Source: an uncultured Chloroflexia bacterium
GTDB lineage: Bacteria; Chloroflexota; Limnocylindria; Limnocylindrales; CSP1-4
Length of the DNA: 64,000 nt
Reading direction: 5' to 3'
Assembly (NCBI GenBank): GCA_963844945.1
Contig: CAWJQZ010000019.1
Span: forward strand, 48,775-112,774
Part shown: positions 11,234-22,858 of the stretch, piece after piece
How positions within the stretch are numbered: position 1 is the stretch's first letter
Layout: every line of letters starts with the position of its first letter
Position numbers and translations under genes: made by a program
The notes under the pieces: model-generated
Database searches by the model: none
What the model saw: the letters and a program-made list of their open reading frames with translations, nothing else
Told to the model about the DNA's origin: nothing

Positions 11234-11917
11234 ATGGCCGCGATGCATCTCCTCCTCGTCGAGGACGAGCCCCGGATGGCGGAGCTCGTCCGCCGCGTGC
11301 TCGTCGCCGAGCACCACACCGTGGACGTCGCGCCCGACGCCGTGACCGCCCTCGGCCTCGCCGGGGCGGCCGGGTACGACGTCCTCATCCTGGACCGCGG
11401 CCTCCCCGACCTCGACGGCCTCGAGCTCCTCCGGCTCCTGCGCGACCGCGGCGTCGCCGCGCCCGCGCTCATGCTCACCGCGCTCGGGTCGGTGGAGCAC
11501 CGGGTCGAGGGGCTCGACGCGGGCGCGGACGACTACCTCGCCAAGCCCTTCGCGTTCTCGGAGCTGCTCGCGCGGATCCGCGCGCTCGCGCGGCGTGCGA
11601 CGCCGGCCGGCGACGCCCGGCTCGCGGTCGGGGACCTGGAGCTCGACGAGGAGCGCCATGTCGCGCGGGTCGGCGGGGCCGCGGTGGACCTCTCGGCGCG
11701 CGAGTTCGCGCTCCTCGCGTACCTCATGCGCAACGCGGGCCGGGTGGTGACCCGGCAGCAGATCCTCGACGCGGTCTGGGGTGCGGAGCCGGACGTCTAC
11801 TCGAACGTCGTCGACCTGTACGTCTCGTACCTCCGCCGGAAGCTCGGCGAGCTGGACCGCGCCGACCTGATCCGGACGGTGCGCGGCGTCGGGTACTCGC
11901 TGCGGGGCGCGCCATGA
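11234..11917 (+). CDS. OmpR/PhoB-family response regulator
   Basis: Intact ORF. Receiver domain (LLVEDEP...DVLILDRGLPDLDG...DDYLAKPF) and winged-helix trans_reg_C (VDLYVSYLRRKLG...IRTVRGVGYSL). Confidence 0.9.
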   Translation: MAAMHLLLVEDEPRMAELVRRVLVAEHHTVDVAPDAVTALGLAGAAGYDVLILDRGLPDLDGLELLRLLRDRGVAAPALMLTALGSVEHRVEGLDAGADDYLAKPFAFSELLARIRALARRATPAGDARLAVGDLELDEERHVARVGGAAVDLSAREFALLAYLMRNAGRVVTRQQILDAVWGAEPDVYSNVVDLYVSYLRRKLGELDRADLIRTVRGVGYSLRGAP

Positions 11918-13300
11918 GCGCAGGGACGCGGGGCCGGGCGCGCACGACGGCGGACCCGCACGCCCGGCTGCTCGCGCGGACGCGTCGCCGCCTCGCCGTC
12001 GTCGTCCTTGTCCTCGTCGGGGCGCTCGTCCTCGCCATCGGCGCGGCGATCGCCCTCGCGGCGGTCCGCGTGCTCGACGACGAGGCGGACCGGGCGCTCC
12101 AGGCGTCGTCGGCCGCGTTCGTCGCGCGGCTCGACGGCGCCGTCGGCGGCGGCGGCGCCGGGGGCGGCTCCGAGGACGAGGGAGCGGCGGCGACAACGAG
12201 ACAGGCGAGCGCCCGCCCGCCGAGTCGGACACGTTCCACCTCGTCCTCGCGTCCGGACGGAGCGCTCGTCGCCAACCCGGGCCGCGTCCCGCTGACCGAG
12301 CTCCCGGACGAGGACGCCGTGGCTGCCGCGCGGTCCACGGCTGCGACCTGCGGACCGTGGACGAGGGCGGGACGCGCGTCCGGCTGCTGACCGTCCCCGT
12401 CACGGCGGCGGCATACGGTCGGCTACGTCCAGTCGGGCTACGTCCTGACGCTCCAGGACCGGCAGATCCAGACGATCGTCCTGACCGTCGTCATCGTGGG
12501 CCTCCTCGGGCTCCTGGGGGCGGCGGTCGTCACCGTCGTGGTCGTCGGCCGCGCGCTCGTCCCGATCCGCGCCGCCTTCGACACGGAGCGCCGGTTCGTC
12601 GCCGACGCGTCGCACGAGATCCGCACGCCCGCCGCGATCATCCGGGCGTCCGCGGAGGTGCTCGAGCGCGAGGGCCTCGTGACCGAGGGCGGGCGGCCGC
12701 TCGTCGCCGACATGGTCGCCGAGGCCGACCGGCTCGGGCGGCTCGTGGACGACCTGCTCGCGCTCGACGCGTCGGACCGCGGGACGCTGGTCCTCGACCG
12801 GCAGCCCGTCGACCTCTCGCGCTCGTCGCCGACACCGCGGCCCGGGCCCGGCCGCTCGCGGCCGAGCGCGGCGTCGCGCTCGAGGCCCCGCCGCCGGGCC
12901 GCCGGTGGTCGTGGACGTGGACCCGGACCGGCTGATCCAGGCGCTGCTCGTCCTCATCGACAACGCCAGCCGGCATGCGCCCGGCCGGGACGACGGTCCG
13001 CGCGAGCGTCGTCCGGGCGGGGCCGACGGGCGTCCTCCGGGTCGACGACGAGGGGCCGGGGATCCCGCCCGACGCGCGCGAGGCGATCTTCGAGCCGTTC
13101 GCCCGGCTCCCCGGCGAGAGGCGTCGAGCGGGTCCGGGAGCGGCCTCGGGCTCGCGATCGCCCGGCGGATCGTCGAGATGCACGGCGGGACGCTGTCGGT
13201 GACGGATGCGCCCGGGGGCGGCGCGCGGTTCGAGCTCGCGCTCCCGCTCGCGGAGGGGTCGGCGGGGCGCGACGCGACGCCGAGGCGCGGCCCCCGGGCC
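11914..13300 (+). CDS. sensor histidine kinase (at least 4 frame disruptions; 3-prime end uncertain)
   Basis: ATGA overlap with the regulator. TM anchor [22 protein letters not shown]-box [22 protein letters not shown]1 and G2 boxes ([39 protein letters not shown]) spread over four frames. Confidence 0.75.
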
Positions 13301-13304
13301 TCAG

Positions 13305-14162
13305 TCAGCCGCGGGTGGGGAGGAGCGCCTCGCGCACGATGGACGCGTCGATGCCGGTGCGGTCGGCGGCGTCGGCGGGTCGCGGGCGCGCGCGGCGCGC
13401 GTCGTTGCCGTCGCGGCCACCGCCGCCGGGCTCGGCCGCCCACACGTCGTGGTACCGGCGCTCGAGGAGGAACCGCGAGCGGTCGCCGCGGAGGAGCGAG
13501 TTGCTCATCTCCACCGGGACGCCGGCGTGGTCGAACGCGACGCGGCGGAGCAGGAGGGCCGGCGCGTGGCGCGGGACGCCGAGCAGGTGGGCCTCCCGGG
13601 GCGTCGTGACCACCGGCTCGAACGACTCGAGCGCGCTCTCGAGCTCGCAGCCGTAGTCCTCGCGCAGGATGTCGTAGAGCGAGCGACCCGCGAAGTCGTG
13701 CGCCTCGAGGCGGGGGAAGCGGGCGAGGGGGAGCCAGGTCGAGTCGAGCATGAGGGGCTCCGACTCGACCGAGCGCAGCCGGTCCAGCCGGAGGAGCGGG
13801 TCGCCGGGCAGGCAGCCGAGGTCCTGCGCCAGCTGCCGGCTGGCGTCCTCGATCTCGACCGCCAGGACGCGGGTGGCGAGCTGCATCCCGCGCGCGCGGA
13901 GGGCGGCGGCGACGGTGAAGAAGCCGGAGATCTCGGCGGCGACCGGCGGGCGCGTGACGAACGTGCCGCGGCCCTGGTGGCGGGTGATGAGCCCGCGCTG
14001 CTCCAGCTCCGCGAGGGCCTGGCGGAGCGTGGCGCGGCTGATGTCGAGCACGCGGCAGAGCTCGCGCTCCGGCGGCAGTCGCGTGCCGGGCGCCCATTCG
14101 CCCGACCGGATCCGTGCCTCGGCCCTGCTCGCGACGATCGAATGGAGCGGTTCCTTGCCCAC
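13305..14162 (-). CDS. GntR-family (HutC/UTRA subfamily) transcriptional regulator
   Basis: Intact. [65 protein letters not shown] (GntR HTH) plus a UTRA-like C-terminal domain. Probable GTG start. Confidence 0.8.
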   Translation of the reverse strand: MGKEPLHSIVASRAEARIRSGEWAPGTRLPPERELCRVLDISRATLRQALAELEQRGLITRHQGRGTFVTRPPVAAEISGFFTVAAALRARGMQLATRVLAVEIEDASRQLAQDLGCLPGDPLLRLDRLRSVESEPLMLDSTWLPLARFPRLEAHDFAGRSLYDILREDYGCELESALESFEPVVTTPREAHLLGVPRHAPALLLRRVAFDHAGVPVEMSNSLLRGDRSRFLLERRYHDVWAAEPGGGGRDGNDARRARPRPADAADRTGIDASIVREALLPTRG

Positions 14163-14224
14163 TCGCGCGGGTATCCTCCGGTGTGAGAGCCTGTCCCCGG
14201 AGTGTACGGCAGGATCCGGCGATA

Positions 14225-14234
14225 GGTCTGGACC
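14225..14234. promoter_or_regulatory. candidate HutC/GntR-type operator palindrome GGTCTGGACC in the GntR-galK divergent intergenic region
   Basis: TAGGTCTGGACCAAT lies 14 nt upstream of the galK ATG. It resembles GGTCTAGACC-type (DasR/NagR-like) half-sites bound by HutC-subfamily regulators. Confidence 0.3.
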
Positions 14235-14247
14235 AATCGAGGTGTGC

Positions 14248-15476
14248 GATGACCCCGCCCGGAGGGGCCGGCACGGCGGCGCCCGCCCGGCCGTGGACCG
14301 TCGCGCTCGACCCGGTCCGCCTGCGCGCGCGCCTCGCGGCCGTCGAGCCGCTTGCCGCCGCCGACCCCGGGCCGTCGTCGTCGTGCGGGCGCCGGGACGC
14401 GTGAACCTCATCGGCGAGCACACGGACTACAACGACGGCCTCGTGCTCCCCGCAGCGATCGACCTGGAGATCCGCATCGCGCTCGTGCCGACCGACGACC
14501 GTCGGGTGGAGATCGTCCTCGACGCGACCGGTGAGCGCGCCGGCGTCGATCTCGACGAGGTCGTCGGCGGTCGCGAGCGCCGCGGAGGGTTCATCGACTA
14601 CGTCGCCGGCACGGCCTGGGCGATGCACGAGGCCGGCCTCCCGCTCCGCGGCTTCCGCGGGCTTCTCGCGAGCACACTCCCGCAGGGCTCGGGGCTCTCC
14701 TCGTCGGCCGCGCTCGAGCTTGCCTCCGCCTGGGCGCTGTCGCCGGCCACGGACCCGGCGGTGGATCCGCTCACGCTCGCGCGCATCTGCCAGCGTGCGG
14801 AGAACGCGTACGTCGGCGTCGCGTGCGGCCTCATGGACCAGTTCGCGTCGTCGTGCGGCCGCGCCGACGGCGCCGTGTTGCTCGACTGCCGGTCGCTCGA
14901 CCACCGGCGGTGCCGCTCCCGCTGGCCGACCACGTCCTCGTCGTCTGCCACACCGGGTCGGAGCGCAAGCTGCAGGCGAGCGAGTACAACGCCCGCCGAG
15001 CGCAGTGCGAGCGGGCCGTCGCGGTCCTCGCCGGGCGCGGGCTCCCGGTCCGGGCGCTGCGCGACGTCACGCCGACGATGCTCGAAGGGCTCCGGGGCGT
15101 CCTGGACGACGAGACGTTCCGACGCTGCGCGCACGTGGTGCGCGAGGACGTCCGCGTGGAGGGACGGTCGCCGCGCTGGGACGCGGGGACCTCGAGGTGG
15201 TCGGGCGGCTCTTCGCCGAGAGCCACGCGTCGCTCCGCGACCTCTACGAGGTGAGCTCGCCGGAGCTCGACGCCCTGGTCGAGATCGCGGAGCGGTGCCC
15301 GGCGTCGTCGCCGCCCGCATGACCGGGGCGGGGTTCGGCGGCTGCACGGTGAACCTCGTGCGCCGCGACGCGGTGGATGCCCTCGCGGCGCAGTGCTCGA
15401 TGAGTACCCGACGCGCACCGGCCTGACGCCCCGGGTCCTCGCGGTCGATCCGGCGGCGGGCGCCGGGGTCACCTGA
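14248..15476 (+). CDS. galK: galactokinase (GHMP kinase), about 4 frame disruptions
   Basis: [24 protein letters not shown] signature, [25 protein letters not shown] and C-terminal [13 protein letters not shown]. One indel was resolved by eye near 14915 (CCGGCGG run). Confidence 0.8.
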
Positions 15477-15591
15477 CGCGGGAGCCGGGAGCGACCGGGG
15501 TGACGGAAGGCCCTCGCCGCGGCCGGGGGCCCGGCGGAACTGTCGGGGACTCATACCGATTCGCCGGCCCCGCCGGCAGGAGGGTCCACCG

Positions 15592-16579
15592 ATGAAGGCA
15601 CGCAGAGCGGTCGCCCTGTCCCTCGCGCTCTCGCTCGCGGCCACCGGGGTCGCGGTCTACTACGCGCGCAAGGTCCGGCCGGTCTTCCGTAGCTGGGGCG
15701 CGACGGAGGAGGAGCTCGCCGCCCCGATGCCGGGCGACGAGGTCGTCACGGATCCGAGCTGGCAGGTGACCTACGGCGTCACGATCGACGCGCCGCCGGC
15801 CGACGTGTGGCCGTGGCTCGTGCAGATGGGCGTCGGGCGGGCCGGCTTCTACAGCTACGACATGATCGAGAAGCGGCTCGGCCTCGACGTCCACTCGGTG
15901 GAGCTCATCGTCCCCGAGCTCCAGGGGCTCAAGGTCGGGGACTCGATGCCCTTCGGCGCGTTCGACCTGCCCGTCGTCGCGCTCGAGCCGGACCGCCTGC
16001 TCCTGCTCGAGGCGGAGGATCGAGATCGGCGCGGGCTCGTTCTGCTTCGAGCTCCTCCCCACGCCCGCGGCGGGCACGCGGCTCGTGTTCCGGGGTCGCG
16101 CCCGCTTCGCCGACTGGGACGCGGAGTCGGCCACCCGATCCGCCGCCGGGCTGCGCCAGCTCCCGATGATCCTCGGGTTCGAGCCCGGCAGCTTCGTCAT
16201 GTTCCGCCGGATGCTCCTCGGCCTGCGGGAGCGCGCCGAGCGCACCCGCCTCGAGGGGCGCGACGCGATGACGGCGCCCGACGGGTGGTGGGCCGAGCGG
16301 GTCATGGAGATGGACAAGGAGCTCGCGGAGCGCGAGTCGATGCTCGACGAGGACCAGGCGGAGATCGACGCCGTCGTCGGCGAGGCGGCCAGCACGAAGG
16401 AGGCCGTCCTCGCCGGGGTGAAGGAGGAGGTCGGCCGGGCGAAGGGGCGCATCGAGAAGGTCCGCGCGGGGCTTCGCGCCGAGGCGCCGGAGACGCCGGA
16501 GACGCCGGGCGACGATGGTCCCGGGCCGGTGCACGTGGAGACGCCGCCGGCGCCCATGCCGGCCGAACCGGAGTCCTGA
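15592..16579 (+). CDS. SRPBCC-family (polyketide cyclase-like) protein with coiled-coil C-terminal extension; one frame disruption near 16020
   Basis: Signal-like N-terminus MKARRAVALSLALSLAATGVAVYYA. WPWLVQMGVGRAGFYSYDMIE motif typical of the SRPBCC family. Charged C-terminal region. Confidence 0.5.
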
Positions 16580-16710
16580 TCCGCGGATCCGCCCCAGGGA
16601 CGAGGGCAGAGGCCGCCGGCCGACGGGCCGGCGGCCTCGGCGCGTCGGCCGGCACGAGGCGGGCGGCCCTACGAGGCGGGCGGTCGCGCCGTGCAGGGAG
16701 CGGCCGCCCG

Positions 16711-18311
16711 TCAGTTGTCGAACGTCGCCACGCGTCTCGCGAACACGCCGACGTTCCCGCCGGCATCCCGCGCCTTCACCTGGACGACGTGTTCGCCGTC
16801 CGTGAACTTCGTCGTATCGAGCATGAAGGCGAACGCGCTCGTGACCGGGGGGCCTCCTCCGAAGTAGTCGGCTGACATCGGGACGCCGCAGGTTCGCGAC
16901 GCCCGACGCGACGCGCTTCCCGTCGACGTAGAGCCCGACGGTCGTGCGGCCGCCGCGGCCGTCGAATGCGAACCCCTCGACCGGGACGGTGCCGGAGATC
17001 GTCGCGCCCTGCGGCACGACGGTGCGGACGCCCTTCGGGTACCGCACGAGCTCGACGGCTCCCTCCGGCGGGGCGGTATCGGGGAACGGCCCGAGCCGCC
17101 GCGCGATGTCGTACGTCTCGCGCTGGAGCGTGCGCATCTGGCCCAGCATGAGGAACGTCGTGAAGTCGACGATGCTTCCGGGCGAGAAGCTGTACGGCGT
17201 GAGGAACGAGAAGACCGACACGCGGTCCGTCGGGCTGATCTCGGCCCGCGACGCGGTCGCCGGTGGGCCGCCCTGGGGTGCATAGGCCGCGAACCCGAAC
17301 CCCTGCGCGTCCGCCCATCCGCCCCAGAACTCCGAGAGCCAGCGGATCCGCGTGGCCGCGGGCCACAGCGGGAGGTCGGCCGGTCCGACCGTCGTCAGTG
17401 CGCCGCCGGTCCCGGGCTTCTTCCCGGTGTAGTAGACCCAGCTGCTGTAGTCGGCACTGATCTCGTAGCTCGCGATCGCGTTGTTCGCCTCCGCGTGGCT
17501 GTCGGTTCCGGTGTGCGTCAGGCGGTAGCGCTCCTGGAAGACGTACGGGTGGTTCGGGACCGGCGTGATCCAGCGCTCGACGACCAGGTCCGAGGCGACC
17601 ACCTTGTCGGGTCCACCGCCCTTGTCGTCCGGGCGACCATTCCGCAGCGGCGCTCTTCACGTAGATCGAGCCGTCCGTGACGCTCTGCTCGAGGATCGGG
17701 CTCCCGTGCCGGTAGATGTCGCACGACTCGGTCGGGTTCCAGCCGATCGCGCCCGAGCAGCCGAGGCAGTCGTCGTACTTGCCGTCGCCGTCGTAGAGGC
17801 CGACCGCGATGAGGTGGCTGCCCCATCCGGCCTTCGCGACGACGTCGCTTGCCCGTTGAGCGAGAAGAGGGCGACGGCGGCGCCGAGGGTCGTGTCCACG
17901 CCGATCCGGACGACGTCCGATCCGGCCATGTTCTCGAGGACGAGAAGCGAGCCGTCCTGGTAGCCGCGCGTCGTGAATGCAGGCTGGACGGTGACCGACG
18001 CGCGTCCCGAGACACTCCCGATGGTCGCAGAGATCGTGGCCGTCCCGGGACCGACCGCGGCGACGACGCCGGCGGCTCCGACCGTCGCGATCGTCGCATC
18101 CGATGACGTCCAGTGCACGCCCGCGGCGGAGGTCGCGCGCCCGTCCCTCGTGCGTGCCGTAGCGGCGAGACTCTGCGTGGCGCCGACGCTCAGAGTGACG
18201 AAGGACGGCGCGACGGAGATCGAGCGGATGCGGGTCGCGGCGGCTCCGGGCGGAGCCGTCGCGAGGACCAGCAAGCACACAGAGAGCCGCGGCCAGGCGG
18301 ATCCTTCGCAT
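16711..18311 (-). CDS. secreted protein with Big_2 (bacterial Ig-like) domains; at least 3 frame disruptions
   Basis: Signal peptide MRRIRLAAALCVL / LVLATAPPGAAA. SISVAPSFVTLSVGATQSLAATARTRDGRATSAAGVHWTSSDATIATV (Big_2). C-terminal Ig-like VQVKARDAGGNVGVF. Confidence 0.55.
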
Positions 18312-18415
18312 CCCCGACCCCCGGTTCGACGGGACGCGCGACGTGCTCGAGGGTCACCCGGCGGATCTGCGCGGACAAGGGCCGGAAGTCGGCCCGTCCG
18401 GCCGCCCGATCGTGC

Positions 18416-19935
18416 CTACGAGGCCTCGCCCGCCGTGGTGCGATGCGGGCCGCGCGCGACGAGCGGGAGGTCCGGCCACGGGCGCGGGTCCGGGTCGGGC
18501 TCCCACTCGTGGGTCGTCCCGCTCAGGGCGTACGTCCAGCGCGGCCCGTCGGACGCGATCGCGGCCAGCGCGCCGGCGACCGCCTCCACGTCCGCCGCGG
18601 TCGTGCCCAGCCCGAAGCTCATCCGGATCGCGCCGGGGAGGGCCGGGTCCTGGCCCGCGCGCAGCTCCGCGCGGATCGTCGCGGCGACGCTGTCGTCGAG
18701 GTGGAGCAGGTGGAGCATCAGCGGGTGCGCGCAGAAGCAGCCGTGGCGCACGCCGATCCCGTGCTCGGCGCTGAGGATCGCGGCGACGTGGCCGTGCTCG
18801 AAGCCGTCGACCGCGAACGTCACGAGGCCGATGTGCGGCTGGTCGAGCCCCCACGTGAGGTGCACGCGGACGCCGTCGATCGCCGCGAGGCGCTCGACCG
18901 CGAGCGCATGGAGCGCGAGCTCCTCGGCGGCGACCTCCTCCATCCCGATCGCCGCGAGCGTCTCGCAGGCGATCCCCATCGCGACCGCGCCCACGACGTT
19001 CGGGGAGCCCGCCTCCTGCCGGTCGGGGAGGGGAGCCCACATGACGTCGTCGAGCGTGACGAACCGGACCGCCCCGCCGCCCCAGAGGAACGGCTCGGTC
19101 TCCTCCAGCCAGTCGTGCCGGCCGACGAGCGCGCCGGCGCCGTACGGCGCGTAGAGCTTGTGCCCGGACATCGCGAGGTAGTCGATCCCGTCGCGCGTCA
19201 TGTCCACGGGGAGGTGGGGCGCCAGCTGGGCCGCGTCGACCATGAAGCGCGCGCCGTGCGCGTGGGCGGTCGCCGAGATGCGCGCGATCGGCCAGATCTC
19301 GCCGGTGACGTTGGAGGCGCCGGTCGTGGAGACGAGGATCGGGCCCGCGCCGGCGCGCGGGGACTCCGTCGGGCGCGGTCCCGCCCGCGCGCTCCTCGCG
19401 CAGCGCCGCGTCGAGGATCGCGACGAGGTCGTCCGGGGAGGCGGGGACCGGAAGGTAGCGGACGCGCCCGTGGCGCGTGCCGTGCCGCCACGGGAGCATG
19501 TTCGCGTGGTGCTCGACCGCGAAGACGAGGACGGTCGTCCCCTCCGGCAGGCAGCTGGCGAGAGGTTGATCGCGTCGGTCGTGTTGCGGGTGATGACGAC
19601 CGCGTCGTCCGGCCGCGCGCCGACGAACGCCCGGATCGCCTCGCGGGCGCGCTCGTACAGCTCGGTGGAGACGCGGCTCTTGAAGCCGGCGCCGCGGTGG
19701 ACGCTCGCGTACCAGGGAAGGATCTCCGCCACGCCGTCCGCGACCGCGCGGAGCGCCGGCGCGCTCGCCGCGATGTCGAGGTTCACGTAGCGTCGCGTCC
19801 CGCCCGTCACGAGCGGGACCTCCACGTCGGCGCCGACGAGGGCGCGCAGCACCCTTGCGTCCCGCTCGGCCGTCATCGCCGCCCCCGTCGCGGCGTTCGC
19901 CCTCATCGCGTCCCCGTCCGCCCCCGCCATCGGTC
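18416..19935 (-). CDS. aminotransferase class V / cysteine desulfurase-like PLP enzyme (frame disruption near 19550)
   Basis: VITRNTTDAINL, LAMSGHKLYAPYGAGALVGR (PLP lysine region), MSFGLGTTAADVEAV. Confidence 0.7.
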
Positions 19936-20013
19936 CCTCCTCGGTCGTCCCCCGGCGCAGCCTAGCCGACCCGCGGTACCCTGTGGCCGCCCCATCCGCC
20001 CTCCGGAGGTCCG

Positions 20014-21286
20014 ATGACGTCGGTCGATGCCCGCGCCCTCGCCGAGACGTTCGCCGGCGCCGACCCCGCCCGCCCGCTCGAGCCCTCGCTGCTGCCCGGA
20101 CGCCCGCCCTGCCCGCGGGCGCCGACCCGACCGAGGCGGACGCCGTCCTCGCCGACGGCGCCGACCAGGGACCGCGGATCCTCGCGGTCCTGCGCGAGCA
20201 CCTCGGCGCGCAGCCCGAGTGGACGGTCGAAGCGGACCGTGGCTTCACGTGGTGGCCCGGCCGGCTCGCGCTGACGGTCGAGTGGGGACCCCGGTCGTCC
20301 TGCACGGCCTCTCCGCCGTCCGCGTGCGCACGACGACCCCGCTCCTGCGCGACGTCCCGGCGACCCCGGAGGTCGCGCGGCTGATCGCGGCCCAGAACGC
20401 GCGGGCGGCGGTCGACGGGCTCGTGTGGGACCCGGACGCGCGGGACCGTCGTCCTCGCGACCGACATCTGGTGCCATGCGGGGGACGCGTGGCTGGACCC
20501 GCTCGTCTACTCGGCCAGCGGCCTCCAGGCCGCGATCGCCGAGTCGAGCGTGGACGCCCTCCGGGCCGAGGTCGGCGGGGAGATCGCGCGTCCGCACCAC
20601 CCGTCCTCGGGGGCGCGCACCGAGCCGGACGAGCTCGTGGACGCCGGCGCGGCGTTCGCGGCGGCGGGCGACCGCTCCACGCCGTTCACGGAGGGCGACC
20701 TCCGGCCGCTCGTCCGCGGCGATCTCGGGATCCTGCCCTTCGCCGTGCACGGCCCGACGCGCTCACCGCGGAGGTTCCCGCGGCGAACGGCGACGGGCTC
20801 ATGCCCGACCTCCGGACCGCGACCGGACCCGCGCGCTCGTGGACGCGGCCCGGCGCGAGCGGACCGACCCGGCCCGCGCGCACGAGGCGGCCTGGCTCGC
20901 GGCGTTCGCGGGGGACGGCGCCGGGCCGCGCCCGGGCACCGCGCTCCTGCGCATCTCGTTCGGTGACCGCCATCCGGATTACGGCGCCGGGCTCGCGATG
21001 CGGCTCCGGCTCCCCATCCGCGCCCGCGTCCGCGGACGACGCCGCGGAGCTCGCCTCGCGCCTGAACCGGCGCGAGCTGGTCGACGTGAAGCTGGCGCCG
21101 TTCGTCGGCGCATGGACGGCGGAGGGCGATGCGCCCGTCTTCGTCGCCTTCTTCCCGGTCCCGCTCGCCCGCGGGCTGGGGTCGGACGACCGGATCGCGA
21201 TCCTCGCGACGTTCGCCGCGTGGATGCGCGAGCGGGCCGCGTGGGCCGCCGCTGTGGCGGCCGACGGGCCGGAGGGAGCCGCATGA
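20014..21286 (+). CDS. hypothetical protein (frame-disrupted at least twice)
   Basis: GC3-rich coding. C-terminal LVDVKLAPFVGAWTAEGDAPVFVAFFPVPLARGLGSDDRIAILATFAAWMRERAAW. No recognised domain. Confidence 0.4.
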
Positions 21287-21800
21287 GCGACCCGCACGCA
21301 GCCGAGCACGCGTCCGAGCGTGCGCGCCTCGCCGCGGAGTCCGCCGCCGAGGAGGCGGCGGCCGACGCCGTCGCGGCGGACACGGCGGTCCGGCGTCCGT
21401 CGCTCCTTCCGGTACCCCACGGACCACCTGCTCGGCGTGATCGACCGGCCCGAGGACGGGCCCGCGGCCGTCGCCGCGCTCCGTCGCCTGGGCGTCGCCT
21501 CGAAGGACGTCGAGGTCCTCGCGGGCGACGGCGCGGACGACCGCCTCGACCTCCTCGCGGCGGACAGCCTCGTCCAGAAGGCGATGAGCGCGGTCCGCTT
21601 CATGACGATGGACCAGCAGCCCGACTTCGCGCTCTACCTCGCCGCGCTCCGCGACGGCCGCGCGGTCGTCGCGGTCCACGCATCGGACGGCGCGCTGCGC
21701 GGGCGCGCCGTCGAGCGCCTGAAGGAGCTCGGGGCGCACTTCCTCAACTTCTACGGCCGCGTCGCGACCGAGGAGATCACCCGCTGGCGCGGGGACGGAG
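21283..21800 (+). CDS. hypothetical protein
   Basis: MSDPHAAEHASERARLAAESAA... then LLGVIDRPEDGPAAVAALRRLGVASKDVEVLAGDGADDRLDLLAADSLVQKAMSAVRFMTMDQ. 3-prime end uncertain. Confidence 0.35.
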
Positions 21801-21873
21801 CTGCCGCTCCCGGGGTGGCTCCGCCGGTAGGGTCGAGGAGGCGCGGAGGCACGGCCTGCCGCGCTGGCTGTTC

Positions 21874-22290
21874 TCAGCGGCTGAAGGTGCGTCGCGCGCC
21901 GGGCATGAGCAGGTAGACGAGGATGATCGCCGGCGCGATCGACCCGGCCACAGCCATCGCGACGGTGGGGCCGCCGACCACGTAGCCCGCCACGTTCCCG
22001 ACGATGTGGAGCGCCGCGATGGCGATCGCGAGCCACCACGCCCAGCGGTGCCGGTCCCACAGGCCGAAGGCGACGAGGAAGTACAGGACCGCGCCCACGA
22101 GGCCGCCCACCCCGATGATCGAGCCGAACGGTCCCGTGTCGAGGCCCTGGTCGACCGGGCTGGAGACGGTGGCCGACGGGAACATCGTGAACGCCTCGAA
22201 GAAGGCGACGACGCTCCAGACGAGTGCGAGCATCGAGATGAGCGTGACCCCGATCGGGCGTTCGTCGAGCGACCGCTGCTCCTGCGTCAC
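21874..22290 (-). CDS. small polytopic membrane protein
   Basis: Intact 138-aa ORF with 4 predicted TM helices (LISMLALVWSVVAFF, IIGVGGLVGAVLYFLVAFGLW, WLAIAIAALHIVGNVAGYVV, AVAGSIAPAIILVYLL). Confidence 0.55.
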   Translation of the reverse strand: MTQEQRSLDERPIGVTLISMLALVWSVVAFFEAFTMFPSATVSSPVDQGLDTGPFGSIIGVGGLVGAVLYFLVAFGLWDRHRWAWWLAIAIAALHIVGNVAGYVVGGPTVAMAVAGSIAPAIILVYLLMPGARRTFSR

Positions 22291-22486
22291 CGGCGTCCCT
22301 CCTGCGTGGGGCCTCCTGCAGCCCCCACCGTCCGCGGCAGCGTGGCACGTCGCGCGGCGCGCCGCAAACGGCCCCTCCGCGGCCCTCCGCGACGCGACGC
22401 CGTGCCGAACGCGCCACGGGGCGTCCCGACGCGACGCCGTGGTACGGTGAAGGCGACGTCCGTCGTGCGCGACGGGCCGTCGGCGG

Positions 22487-22562
22487 GCGGGAGTAGCTCA
22501 GTCGGTAGAGCGTCAGCCTTCCAAGCTGAATGTCGCGGGTTCGAGACCCGTCTCCCGCTCCA
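22487..22562 (+). tRNA. tRNA-Gly (anticodon TCC), 76 nt with encoded CCA
   Basis: GCGGGAGTAGCTCAGTCGGTAGAGCGTCAGCCTTCCAAGCTGAATGTCGCGGGTTCGAGACCCGTCTCCCGCTCCA. Acceptor GCGGGAG/CTCCCGC, D-arm GCTCAGTCGGTAGAGC, anticodon loop CTTCCAA, T-arm GCGGGTTCGAGACCCGT. Confidence 0.93.
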
Positions 22563-22858
22563 GTTCCTCGGTTCCGTGGTCATGGCGACACTAAGCCTGC
22601 GATCACTGGACATCCGCACGGCTCGTTCCGTTCCGCTGAGCCGCCGAAGAGTGCCGCCACAACGCTCGCAGACACGCAGCCGCGCAGATTCTCGACCGTA
22701 TGGCGCCGTTGTGGCTTGCCTCCGCCCCGCTTACGGTGTCGACGCCGCCCGAACACTGAGCACTCCTCGCCGGTCGAAGCCTGAGCAACCCTGACGGTCT
22801 CGACTGGCACCCTCTCGCGATCGTCGTCAACGCCGGAACGACCGTCTACCGGGCGACC

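Noticed and set aside
10708-12403. Very long overlapping ORFs on both strands (560 aa plus, 539 aa minus) across the response regulator and kinase region
   Set aside because: They are antisense or out-of-frame to clearly recognisable regulator and kinase genes. The translations are Arg/Gly/Pro/Ala-rich low-complexity with no motifs, which is the usual high-GC stop-codon-poor artefact.
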